A DNA stretch of 64,000 bases from a virus. The notes below the pieces were generated by a model that saw only the letters and a program-made list of their open reading frames with translations, ran no database searches and had not been told where the DNA came from. The stretch is from positions 1 through 64,000 of IMG/VR virus record IMGVR_UViG_3300043409_002042; one strand, written 5' to 3'. Each line of letters opens with the position of its first letter. Positions within the stretch are counted from its first letter, which is position 1. The position numbers were made by a program, and so were the translations under genes. This document shows, one piece after another, positions 9,964 through 18,455 of the stretch.

Positions 9964-10457
9964 AGTGGTTTCGCCCATGGATGATTTGGGCCGCTCTGGT
10001 GCTGGTCCTGTTGGGCGCGCTCGGTGTGCAGACCGTGCGCCTGTCCGACCTGCGCGCCAAGCACGCCGATACCCTGCGTGAGCACGCCGAGGCGGTGGAA
10101 CGCGCCAGCGAAAAAGCCCGTAAAACCGAGAAGGACCTACGGGATGACCTGAACAATCTTGCGTCCAAACTGGACGAGGAGAAAAACAATGCGAAAAAGC
10201 GCGAAGATGCTCTTGTGGAGTCTGTGCGTGTTGGCAACCGCCGGTTGTCAATCGCTGCCACCTGTCCCCCAAGCCAGGGTGGAGGTGCCGCCCCTGCCCA
10301 GGGAGGTGGGGCCGCGCCACAGAGAGCCATCATTGACCCAGCGGCTGCTGAACGAATTATCGGAATCACCCGGGACGGCGACAACGCCATCCGCGAGCGA
10401 AACACCTGCATCGACGCCTACGAGGCCGTGAGAGCGCGGATCAACGGCGGGGAGTGA
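9960..10457 (+). CDS. i-spanin (Rz-like)
   Basis: N-terminal TM, coiled coil, RRLSIAATC, DGDNAIRERNTCIDAY. Confidence 0.85.
   Translation: MKWFRPWMIWAALVLVLLGALGVQTVRLSDLRAKHADTLREHAEAVERASEKARKTEKDLRDDLNNLASKLDEEKNNAKKREDALVESVRVGNRRLSIAATCPPSQGGGAAPAQGGGAAPQRAIIDPAAAERIIGITRDGDNAIRERNTCIDAYEAVRARINGGE
10189..10431 (+). CDS. o-spanin lipoprotein (Rz1-like), embedded in Rz
   Basis: GAGGAG RBS; MRKSAKMLLWSLCVLATAG-C lipobox then Pro-rich segment, in a different frame inside Rz. Confidence 0.8.
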   Translation: MRKSAKMLLWSLCVLATAGCQSLPPVPQARVEVPPLPREVGPRHREPSLTQRLLNELSESPGTATTPSASETPASTPTRP

Positions 10458-10460
10458 GGT

Positions 10461-11108
10461 CTAGGCTGTCATGGTCGCTTTTGCCTCGTCGTACATCTTG
10501 ACCGCCCAGGCGATGGCGTAGCAGTTCCAGATGTATTGGCCCGTGAACCGCTCGACGTTCGTTTCCCAGAAGTCCTGGAACTGAAAGTCAACGTACTGAT
10601 TGACCTCGTGTTGAAAGTCGTAGGCCGCGATTTGCTTGCGGTCTGCGCCATCGGCTCCGATCACCTCGCCCACCACGCGATCCCACAGCTCGCGGCGCTC
10701 TTCTGCGTTGGTTCGGTCGCGGTTGTTGCGAATCCAATCGCGCAGGTACTCAGTGATGGCGTTGTCGAACTTCTGTTCGTCAAACTCCTTGAGCCCTTTG
10801 CCCGGGTGGGCCTGCACCTTCTCGGCCCAATAGCCGGGGTTGATGGCCAGCTTGCAGCCCTTGCGCTCCATGTACTCGCGGTCGGTTCGGAAGAACTCGA
10901 ACATATCGGTCAGGCGCCGGAACACGTAGGTGCCGCAGTCGCCAGTGATCACCAGCTCACCGGGGTAGGTGATGACGTCGAACCAGTAGACGCTGCTCTT
11001 GGTGGCGGCGAACCGCAAATGACGGTTCACGCCGTCGTCGCGGATGATGGTCATGACGTGGCGCCGAACGTCATTTAGAAATTGCGCCTTGATGTCGCGT
11101 TGGCTCAT
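10461..11108 (-). CDS. Phage hypothetical protein
   Basis: MSQRDIKAQF...RDDGVNRHLRF...INPGYWAEK; ATGA-coupled to upstream ORF. Confidence 0.7.
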   Translation of the reverse strand: MSQRDIKAQFLNDVRRHVMTIIRDDGVNRHLRFAATKSSVYWFDVITYPGELVITGDCGTYVFRRLTDMFEFFRTDREYMERKGCKLAINPGYWAEKVQAHPGKGLKEFDEQKFDNAITEYLRDWIRNNRDRTNAEERRELWDRVVGEVIGADGADRKQIAAYDFQHEVNQYVDFQFQDFWETNVERFTGQYIWNCYAIAWAVKMYDEAKATMTA

Positions 11109-11326
11109 TTTGCTGATAAAAATAATGCGGCCACAAGGAGCGCAGTCAGGAAGATCACCAGCTTTTTGCTCAAGCGGCCGTCGTGGCCGCCGGGGCTGAA
11201 AACAGCCTTCGGCGGGGGCAGGAGCGCCCCCTGGACCTTGGACATAGACGCGTCGCAGCGCGGCATTGGTGGCGTGTACAGGCGTCCTATTTTGACGCCG
11301 GCTCGGGTTGTGTAGGGTGGTGTCAT
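11105..11326 (-). CDS. Small membrane hypothetical protein
   Basis: AAGGAG RBS; C-terminal TM. Confidence 0.55.
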   Translation of the reverse strand: MTPPYTTRAGVKIGRLYTPPMPRCDASMSKVQGALLPPPKAVFSPGGHDGRLSKKLVIFLTALLVAALFLSAK

Positions 11327-11352
11327 GGGCTCTCCTTTGGGGGGTTGGTGAT

Positions 11353-13014
11353 TCAGTTGTTGCTGGCAACGAGGATGCAGACGCTCACGCTGGTGCCTGC
11401 AAATTCGTTGTCATAGGGCCCATGCCACTCGCACGTCAGGCCTGGTAGATTGAAGCTTTTGCGCGCGCTGGCGGGCAGGATGGCAACTAGGCGGCCTTCT
11501 GGGCGCAGCATGCTGGCTGCGTGCTCTGTGTGGGCTTGCCAGCGGCCATCGCTGAATGGCGGGTTCATGACGATGCGGTCAAAGCGCGCCGCCGTTGTGT
11601 TTGCCCAGGCAAGAAAATCACCTGTGGCGACCATGTGGCCCTTAGACTCCAGCACCTTGCAGTGCAGTTTGCTGATCTCCACGCAGGTGGTGCGGTATTT
11701 GGGCAGCAAATCGGCAAGCCCGCCGGTGCCTGCGCTGGGCTCCAGAACTGTGTTGTTGCAGCCGATCTCGGCCAAGTCCACCGCGATGCGCGCCAGCTTT
11801 TCGGGCGTCGGGTAGTATTGATGCGCCTTTTGGTCGGGGATGCACCCGCTTGCAACAATCTCTTTGACGGCCTCCATGGGGTCGTAGTCAAATGCCCATC
11901 GACTTGGGCTCACCTGCGTGCCGCCCAGGGCCTGCAGCACGCGGTTTGCCTCGGCTACCACGGCATCGGATGGAGAGCCGCCATTCTGGCGGATATCGTA
12001 GCAGCCTGGCACGCTGATGTATGAGTTTGTTCTCCAGCCCCTGTCTGGATTGAGGTCTTGGGCGGGGCACAATCCTTGCAGCCTGCCCAGCACCGCGAAC
12101 GGCAGCGGGCGGCCCATCATCTGAAACTGCTTGAGCTTCTTTTTGGGCCGCTCGCGGAATTCGCTCGGGATGGCCAGAGGGTAAAGCTGCGCCAAGACGC
12201 AGTTTAGGCGCCATGCCATGTCGGGGTGCACCTCCAGGTGCGCGGTGCCCACGCCATAGCAGCGGATGCGGAGCGCGCCACCGTCGATGCTGACCCATTC
12301 GCCGCGGTGGTAGTCGCGCGCGTATTTCAGGACGCTGCTGGTCGCGTCGTATTTGGGCTCGTCGCGGCCCATGTACTTGGCGATGATGCAGCGCAGGTCG
12401 TTGATCGTGCCCGATCGGCTGTGGTCTGCGCCGCCCCACTCGGAGAAAACGTTGGCGATGATCATCCGGCGGCCAAAGCCCTCGGGCGCATTTGTGACGT
12501 GGGTCTTTGAGAGCGTGCGGAAAATGCCATCGACGCGCTCGGCAAAAAAGGTCTGACGCTGTGTCAACAGCGCCGTGAGCGTGCTGCGGACGTTTTCGTC
12601 GTTGAATTCGGGGATCGGCTCGGTGATCCATTCTTTGGTGCGGTCGTGGCGCTCGCCCAGCGGGGCCCTGATCTGCTTGTGCCAGGCGTCTCGCCGGGCC
12701 TGCGGCATCACGTCCAGCACATCGGTCAGGTGCATGGCCTTGGACCAAAAGGCAGCATGCAAGTAGGCGATGGCGCCATCAAGGTCAAAGAGGTTTTGAA
12801 CGGTGTGCGAGGAAATATGCCGGTCGTAGCTGCCAGCATGCTCGGCGAAGTAGTGCAGCGCGCCATCAAGGTCTGGGCTGTTCATCACCTCGGCGACTCG
12901 CTCGATTTTTCGGCGCATGAATGCATGCTGACCGAGCAGGCCGTCGATCATGTCGCTGGGTGCGGGGGCAAAAAACTTGCCTGTGTCGGCGTCGTCAACA
13001 ACTTGGAAGTTCAT
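11353..13014 (-). CDS. DUF4942-type SAM-dependent DNA amino-methyltransferase
   Basis: QYYPTP, VLEPSAGTG, FDRIVMNPPF; GTAHLEVHPDMAWRLN. Confidence 0.85.
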   Translation of the reverse strand: MNFQVVDDADTGKFFAPAPSDMIDGLLGQHAFMRRKIERVAEVMNSPDLDGALHYFAEHAGSYDRHISSHTVQNLFDLDGAIAYLHAAFWSKAMHLTDVLDVMPQARRDAWHKQIRAPLGERHDRTKEWITEPIPEFNDENVRSTLTALLTQRQTFFAERVDGIFRTLSKTHVTNAPEGFGRRMIIANVFSEWGGADHSRSGTINDLRCIIAKYMGRDEPKYDATSSVLKYARDYHRGEWVSIDGGALRIRCYGVGTAHLEVHPDMAWRLNCVLAQLYPLAIPSEFRERPKKKLKQFQMMGRPLPFAVLGRLQGLCPAQDLNPDRGWRTNSYISVPGCYDIRQNGGSPSDAVVAEANRVLQALGGTQVSPSRWAFDYDPMEAVKEIVASGCIPDQKAHQYYPTPEKLARIAVDLAEIGCNNTVLEPSAGTGGLADLLPKYRTTCVEISKLHCKVLESKGHMVATGDFLAWANTTAARFDRIVMNPPFSDGRWQAHTEHAASMLRPEGRLVAILPASARKSFNLPGLTCEWHGPYDNEFAGTSVSVCILVASNN

Positions 13015-13042
13015 GGTTTTTTTGTGAGGTGGTAGTCGTCGG

Positions 13043-13435
13043 TCATGCTGCGGCGAGAATCGCGTCGATCTCCGCGATGCGCTCGAGAAGTTTTTGGCGT
13101 TCTTCGCGCAGCGACTCTTGATTTGCCACAGGCTTTTTCTCGGCTTGCATTTCCCGCGATGCCTTGATCGCAGCCGCTTTGCTCATGTACTCGCGTGATC
13201 CGTCTTCGCGGATGATTGCGTAGTCCGGTGTGCCGTTGTTGCCGCGATTGTCTTTTTGGCCCTTCATGATCACGTCACCTGGAGCGGCCTCAATTTCGAG
13301 GATGCCTTCGCTTCCTGGCGTGCCGATCCATGTGCCCCAGCGGTTGACTGTGGCATCGGTGCTGTTGAGGACGGCGATGTAAGGTTTGCCGTAGCGACGC
13401 TCGTTGTACGAGCCTGTTTCAATTGAGATTTTCAT
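13043..13435 (-). CDS. Hypothetical protein
   Basis: MKISIETGSYNERRYGKPYIA...; C-terminal coiled coil. Confidence 0.6.
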   Translation of the reverse strand: MKISIETGSYNERRYGKPYIAVLNSTDATVNRWGTWIGTPGSEGILEIEAAPGDVIMKGQKDNRGNNGTPDYAIIREDGSREYMSKAAAIKASREMQAEKKPVANQESLREERQKLLERIAEIDAILAAA

Positions 13436-13499
13436 GATTTTGTAGTGCGGTGAGTTGAGGGGGTGCCCGGCGGGCCGGGCGGGTGGTGGGGTCATGTAT

Positions 13500-13724
13500 T
13501 CAAAAAGCAAAGTTGCGAAGATTTTCCACGGCATGGCGCAGGGATACCCAAAGACCGCCAATTCGCTCGCCTTCAATCTCAAGCCGGATGTATTTTTTCC
13601 CGGAGGCTTGCTTGCGGGCAAGAGTGCCGGGGATTCCGTATGTCACTGGATGCATCGTGCGCACGGCCAAAACACTCAAAGTGGAACCATCTTCAAATGT
13701 GACGATTATTTTTTTGCTGCTCAT
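13500..13724 (-). CDS. Hypothetical protein
   Basis: GGAG RBS; MSSKKIIVTFEDG. Confidence 0.5.
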   Translation of the reverse strand: MSSKKIIVTFEDGSTLSVLAVRTMHPVTYGIPGTLARKQASGKKYIRLEIEGERIGGLWVSLRHAVENLRNFAF

Positions 13725-13800
13725 GATGTTCTCCGGTTTTTGCCTCGCCCTATTGCTCGGCATGGCTGTATTGTACTGCATTTTTTTTGTTGCACACCAA

Positions 13801-14988
13801 CTATTCTGTTATTTCTTCTAGGGGTTTACCCCATGACGCTGTAATCATGCCCGCCAGTGCGCCGACTGTGCGCGTGTTGGTGCCCGCGAGGCTGTGCAAG
13901 TAGCGTTCCGTGGTGCTCAGCTGGCTGTGGCCCAGCATCTCGGCGATTTCCTTTTGCGTGGCCCCAGCCATGTGGGCCAGTGACCCGGCGGTGTGCCGCA
14001 GGTCGTGCAGGCGCAGCTCGCGGGGCAGGTCGGCGGACGCTTTGATGGCGTTCCAGACTTTGTACGGGGTCTTGAGCGGCTGGCCCTTGACCCGACCGGG
14101 TATCAGCCACTGGCGCTTGTCGGCGAGCAGCGCCCTGGCAATCTCAAGCGCTGGGGCCGAGAGGGCGATGCGGCGCTGCCCAACTTTGGAATCTGGCAGC
14201 AGCAGCAGGCCGCGCTCGAGGTCGATCCAGCTGGCCTCAGCCAGCATGATCTCGGACTTGCGGCAGCCGGTGAGCATGAGCAGCCGGATGAAGGCGGCGA
14301 AGTCGGGTTTGAGCGTGCCGTCGGCTGTCTTGGCGTCCAGCGTGGCGTTCAGGCGCGAGATTTGTGCGGGTGCGAGGATCAACTCTTTTTCTGCGATCTC
14401 GTACTTCTTGACGCCGTGGCAGGGGTTGGTGTTGCGGTCGCGGTACCCCCATGTCTCGGCCAGATTGAATGCCTTGCTGAGGAGGGCCAGCACCTGGTTG
14501 GCTGTGGCGCGCTTGTCGGACAGGCCACCGAAGAGCTTGAGCACATCGGATGCCGTGATCGACTTGACCTTGCGCCCCGCCCAGACCGGCAGTATGTGCA
14601 GACGCCAGTTTTGGGTGTCGCTGGCCTGGCTGGTGGCTTTTTTGAATGGGACCGCGTGCTCGCGGGTGTAACGCTCCTCGAGCTCGGCCATGGTGGGCGC
14701 CTGACGGGCCTTGATATGCTCCGCGCGCGGGTCCTTGCCCTCGGCGACCTGGGCGAAGATGCGGCGGGCCATCTCACGGGCCTTCTCGGGCGGGAAGTCT
14801 GAGCAGCGGCCCAGCTTCTGCTTGCGCGCCGTGCCGTCCAGCGTCCGGTACCGGACGACGTAGGTCTTGCGGCCGCCTGGTTGGACGCGCACACCGAAGC
14901 CCGGCACCTCTGGGCACCAGTAGGAGGTGTCCTTGCCGGTGTCCTGGAGCTTGTCGACGTTGGTTTTTGTGAGTTTCATTTGGGTCAT
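13801..14988 (-). CDS. int: Tyrosine recombinase/integrase with arm-binding domain
   Basis: PGFGVRVQPGGRKTY; TGCRKSE (R), HDLRHT (HxxR), LGHS, ERY (Y). Confidence 0.93.
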   Translation of the reverse strand: MTQMKLTKTNVDKLQDTGKDTSYWCPEVPGFGVRVQPGGRKTYVVRYRTLDGTARKQKLGRCSDFPPEKAREMARRIFAQVAEGKDPRAEHIKARQAPTMAELEERYTREHAVPFKKATSQASDTQNWRLHILPVWAGRKVKSITASDVLKLFGGLSDKRATANQVLALLSKAFNLAETWGYRDRNTNPCHGVKKYEIAEKELILAPAQISRLNATLDAKTADGTLKPDFAAFIRLLMLTGCRKSEIMLAEASWIDLERGLLLLPDSKVGQRRIALSAPALEIARALLADKRQWLIPGRVKGQPLKTPYKVWNAIKASADLPRELRLHDLRHTAGSLAHMAGATQKEIAEMLGHSQLSTTERYLHSLAGTNTRTVGALAGMITASWGKPLEEITE

Positions 14989-15344
14989 GGCTTCGCTCCT
15001 GTCGCGTCTTCCCAGTCGATGGCGTTGAGGTCTTTCATCTGGTCCCAGCGCAGCGCTTGGGCCCCGTCGAGGCTGTAGGTGGCCTGCCAGTCGGTGCCGC
15101 CTCTGGCGTAGGTCTGCCGGGCGCTCTCAATGGCGGCGGCCGCCGTCTTGGCGGTGACGTTGTAGAGGCGCAGCAGTGACCCGGTGGCCCGGTGCTGCCC
15201 GAAGACCGCCCACTTGGGGGCTGGCTTGCGCGGCTTCGTGCGCTGCTGGCCTGTACCTTGGCACCCGTAGCATTTGGTGCCGTGGATCAGGTTGAAGCTG
15301 AACCGGCCGGTGCCGTTGCAGCGGGTGCAGGTGTAGGTGGTCAT
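14985..15344 (-). CDS. Zn-finger protein (CxxCxGxG repeats)
   Basis: CTRCNGTG ... CYGCQGTG. Confidence 0.65.
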   Translation of the reverse strand: MTTYTCTRCNGTGRFSFNLIHGTKCYGCQGTGQQRTKPRKPAPKWAVFGQHRATGSLLRLYNVTAKTAAAAIESARQTYARGGTDWQATYSLDGAQALRWDQMKDLNAIDWEDATGAKP

Positions 15345-15763
15345 GCTGCACCGCCTTCCGTGTCGTCGCTGGGCAGGTGCACCACGGTGGGCTGCGGCTG
15401 GCAGGCGGCGATGGCGGAGCGGGCAACGGTCGACGCGTCCACGGACATGCTGCACCCATCTACATAGTTGCGCAGCGCCGCCAGCAGCTGGTCGCGCTGG
15501 GCCCGGGCGTCTGCGACTTGGCTCATCGCTGACTGGAGTGTGGCGTCAATGCTGCCGAAGGCGTGCTTCTCCATCCAGTCCGTTGGAATCCCCTCGCAAG
15601 CATTCCAGCAGGCGACCAAGCGGCGGGCGTTGGCTTCGTCAACACCCGAGCTAAATGCGCTAAGCACGTCGGCAATAGTGAAGCGCTCGGACATAAGCGC
15701 AATTCTTCCACCGGCGTGCATTTCGCCCACGTGCAGCCGACCCTGTGTGTGTTGTTTGCTCAT
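15341..15763 (-). CDS. Phage hypothetical protein
   Basis: EANARRLVACWNACEGIPT motif typical of early phage ORFs. Confidence 0.7.
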   Translation of the reverse strand: MSKQHTQGRLHVGEMHAGGRIALMSERFTIADVLSAFSSGVDEANARRLVACWNACEGIPTDWMEKHAFGSIDATLQSAMSQVADARAQRDQLLAALRNYVDGCSMSVDASTVARSAIAACQPQPTVVHLPSDDTEGGAA

Positions 15764-15950
15764 AAATTCCCCTTTTTCCAGGCCCCAAACAGGCCGCATC
15801 ACCCCGGGAAACGCCGGGTATCGTCCGGGATTTTCCGTGCGGTGGGGAGTTTGCTAAGCGGTTGAAGCCGTGCAGTTTTCGCCCTCGCCGGGTAGTCCCG
15901 TGAGGTGCAGGGCGACTAACTTTTAATCACTTGCCCTGAACCGTGAAGCC

Positions 15951-15978
15951 ATTGTAACTCAAGGGAAAAAACAAGCAA
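15951..15978 (-). promoter_or_regulatory. Sigma70-like leftward promoter
   Basis: Minus strand TTGCTT-N16-TACAAT. Confidence 0.5.
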
Positions 15979-16044
15979 CAAATTTTTTAGGGCGCATCTC
16001 GGGCTGTTGCGAAAATGATAAAGCGTGATATGGCGTGACGATGT

Positions 16045-16119
16045 GGGCCGGAAGCCAACCGGTACGGCAACGAACTTTTAATTCGTGGACAGTGGGTTCG
16101 ATTCCCACCCGGCCCACCA
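16045..16119 (+). tRNA. tRNA-Lys(UUU)
   Basis: GGGCCGG/CCGGCCC acceptor stem, ACGAA-CTTTTAA-TTCGT anticodon arm, GTGGG-TTCGATT-CCCAC T arm, encoded CCA. Confidence 0.9.
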
Positions 16120-16120
16120 C

Positions 16121-16513
16121 TCACTTTCGGCGGTAGTTGCGCATGTAGGCGGCTTTGGCCTCGCGGCATTCAGAGCACTTGCAAAGTCGAAACGACGAGA
16201 GCGTTCCGTGTGTGCCCTCGGCCATCGTGAAGCCTCGCTCCGCGACCGTCTTTCGAACGTGGCATGACCAGCACAGCAGCTGGCACTTCTCCAGCTCAGG
16301 GTTCAGTTTCACCGCACTGAGGTTCCAAAGTTTGGCAATGTTGAAGGCTTTCTGCCCGGGCTCCTTGTGGTCCGTCTCTAGATCAGTCGTTGATCCACAT
16401 TGGACGCAAGCGCCGCCAAGCCTAGCAATGATTTCAGCGCGCTTGGCGTGGTATCGCTTGAGCATGTACTCGGCCATGTAGGCGTTGTATTCTTCCTTGT
16501 TCTTCTTCGCCAT
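16121..16513 (-). CDS. HNH endonuclease
   Basis: CVQCG...LETDH...KCQLLCWSCHVRKT; C-terminal HGT...CKCSEC. Confidence 0.85.
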   Translation of the reverse strand: MAKKNKEEYNAYMAEYMLKRYHAKRAEIIARLGGACVQCGSTTDLETDHKEPGQKAFNIAKLWNLSAVKLNPELEKCQLLCWSCHVRKTVAERGFTMAEGTHGTLSSFRLCKCSECREAKAAYMRNYRRK

Positions 16514-16552
16514 AAATACGGGTTAAAAAACCAATATTCTACGCTCTAACTA

Positions 16553-16867
16553 TCACCACTCCCCCGCCCCGCGCCTCGGGTCCTCGTAGGGCTGCCGGAA
16601 CGGCGTCAGCACCTTGCCTGCGCTCTCGGTCAGGCCACGCCACGGCAGCGCCTGGTGGATGGCGTCGTTGAGTCCGCGCACCGGGTCCCAAACGTACCAG
16701 ACGCCCGGGTAGAGGACGTCTTTGGGGTCGGGCACGGGCTCCCACCAGTCGCGGCTGATGCCCCGGTCGAACTCGTCTTGGTACTCGCACTGCCTGTGAT
16801 CGCGCTCGTACCAGCCGCGACGGGCGGGGACTTGTGGGGGGTGGTACCAGGGGGTTAAAGGGGGCAT
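16553..16867 (-). CDS. Hypothetical protein
   Basis: LTPWY...PARRGWYER...PWRGL. Confidence 0.6.
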   Translation of the reverse strand: MPPLTPWYHPPQVPARRGWYERDHRQCEYQDEFDRGISRDWWEPVPDPKDVLYPGVWYVWDPVRGLNDAIHQALPWRGLTESAGKVLTPFRQPYEDPRRGAGEW

Positions 16868-17340
16868 GTATGCTCCTCTGTCTTCATGAAGACCAGCCAG
16901 TGCGTTTTGTTAGCCCTCTTGTTGCCAACAATCGGACGCTCTGGGGTCAGTGCCAGCACTTCGCTGACTGGTATCTGTGTCTCATTCCACTTGAACACCA
17001 AAGTTCCAAATGGGGCCAGAACACGGAAGCATTCAGAAAAACCAGACCGGAGGTGGTCACGCCATTCCTCCGTGAGTTTCCCGTACTTCTTGGCCTGCCA
17101 CGACTGTGGACCAGCTTTGCGCAGATGGGGTGGGTCAAAAATCACCATGCGGAACTGCCCGTCGGCAAACGGCAGATCAGTGAAGTTCATAACCATGGTT
17201 GGCTTCACTTCCAGAGTCCGGCCATCGCAAAGGATGTGGGTCTCATGACGGATGTCGCCGAAAAGTACGCGCTGATCATCGCGGTCAAAGTAAAACATCC
17301 GGCTTCCGCTTGCCGGATCAAGGACGGCGGGATCGCTCAT
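16855..17340 (-). CDS. Small class I SAM-dependent (DNA) methyltransferase
   Basis: VLDPASGSRMFYFD, IFDPPH, ECFRVL..GTLVFKWNE. Confidence 0.85.
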   Translation of the reverse strand: MSDPAVLDPASGSRMFYFDRDDQRVLFGDIRHETHILCDGRTLEVKPTMVMNFTDLPFADGQFRMVIFDPPHLRKAGPQSWQAKKYGKLTEEWRDHLRSGFSECFRVLAPFGTLVFKWNETQIPVSEVLALTPERPIVGNKRANKTHWLVFMKTEEHTCPL

Positions 17341-18455
17341 ACCACCACCGTCACTTTCTCGGCCGCTCGGGTGATCGCGGTGTAGAGGTGTTTGGCTGCG
17401 TCCTCCCGAAACGTCCGGCTCTCGTCGAACACCACCACGTTGTCCCATTGACTGCCCTGACTTTTGTGAACGGTGAGCGCCCAGCCAAATGTGAACTCAT
17501 CGGCTTCGCGCCGATCGCGCCAGTGCAGGTCTTTTTCGGTGCCTTTGAAGAACTCTGGCCGAACCTCAATGTCGATCGGGGCGATATTGTCGTCGTCGAG
17601 GCTGGTGACGCGCATCTGAATCAGCTTGCCGCCAGTGCCCAGGCTGTCGACATTCCAGAGGCCGCCATTAAGCAGGCCTTTGTCGCGATTGTTGCGCAAA
17701 CAGACCAAGCGGTCGCCCACATCGGGCATCCACGGCGCGCCTTGATCAGCCAATCCCTTGAGCCATCGGATGCGGGCGTTGAATTGGTGGCGTGTGCGGT
17801 TGAGACCGCACAGCAATTGGTCAGCCCCGAGCACGATATCGCGCATCCTGTCTTTGTCGACGTCTTGGCGCGCAACGACGAGGCTGCCGCCGTACTGGCC
17901 TGGTGTCAGATACCGGCCTTCCCGGATATCCATGCTCATCCGAATGATGGGGCTCTCTGCCGCCTGGCGGTGCACCTCGGTGAGCATGACGTCGGGCGTG
18001 GCGTTGATGAAGAAGCCCTCGCCCTTGACGGGTGGCAACTGCGCTGGGTCGCCAAGCACCAGCACCTTTGCCCCGAAGCTCAGAAGGTCTCGGGCCAGTT
18101 CCTCGCCGACCATCGACACCTCATCAATGACGATCAGTTTTGCTATCGACGCTGGGCTGTCCCGGTTGATATTGAATTTGGCCTCGCCCGTTACATCGTC
18201 CTGCTCGACCTTGTAGATCAGGCTGTGGATGGTGCCAGCGGCTTCGCAGCCCTTCTTTCGGAGCACCAAAGCAGCTTTGCCGGTAAAGCAGGCGTAGAGC
18301 ACCAAGCCTTTGACGTCCTCAGCAAGATGGCGGGCCAGCGTGGTTTTGCCCGATCCGGCAAAGCCAAACAGGCGGAATACTTGGGGGCCGCGCTTGTCTG
18401 TTAGCCATGCCTTCACGGCGGTGATGGCCCGGTCTTGTTGTGGACTCCAGCTCAT
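17337..18455 (-). CDS. RecD/Dda-like SF1B helicase
   Basis: GFAGSGKT, IDEVSM, LGDPAQLPPV, TVHKSQGSQW, LYTAITRA. Confidence 0.92.
   Translation of the reverse strand: MSWSPQQDRAITAVKAWLTDKRGPQVFRLFGFAGSGKTTLARHLAEDVKGLVLYACFTGKAALVLRKKGCEAAGTIHSLIYKVEQDDVTGEAKFNINRDSPASIAKLIVIDEVSMVGEELARDLLSFGAKVLVLGDPAQLPPVKGEGFFINATPDVMLTEVHRQAAESPIIRMSMDIREGRYLTPGQYGGSLVVARQDVDKDRMRDIVLGADQLLCGLNRTRHQFNARIRWLKGLADQGAPWMPDVGDRLVCLRNNRDKGLLNGGLWNVDSLGTGGKLIQMRVTSLDDDNIAPIDIEVRPEFFKGTEKDLHWRDRREADEFTFGWALTVHKSQGSQWDNVVVFDESRTFREDAAKHLYTAITRAAEKVTVVV

Noticed and set aside
10273-10322. 24-nt imperfect tandem repeat in Rz/Rz1
   Set aside because: Low-complexity linker (QGGGAAP x2), unremarkable for spanins
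16045-16119. tRNA-Lys as the attachment site or prophage boundary
   Set aside because: Phage genes continue on both sides and I saw no duplicated 3' fragment in the window
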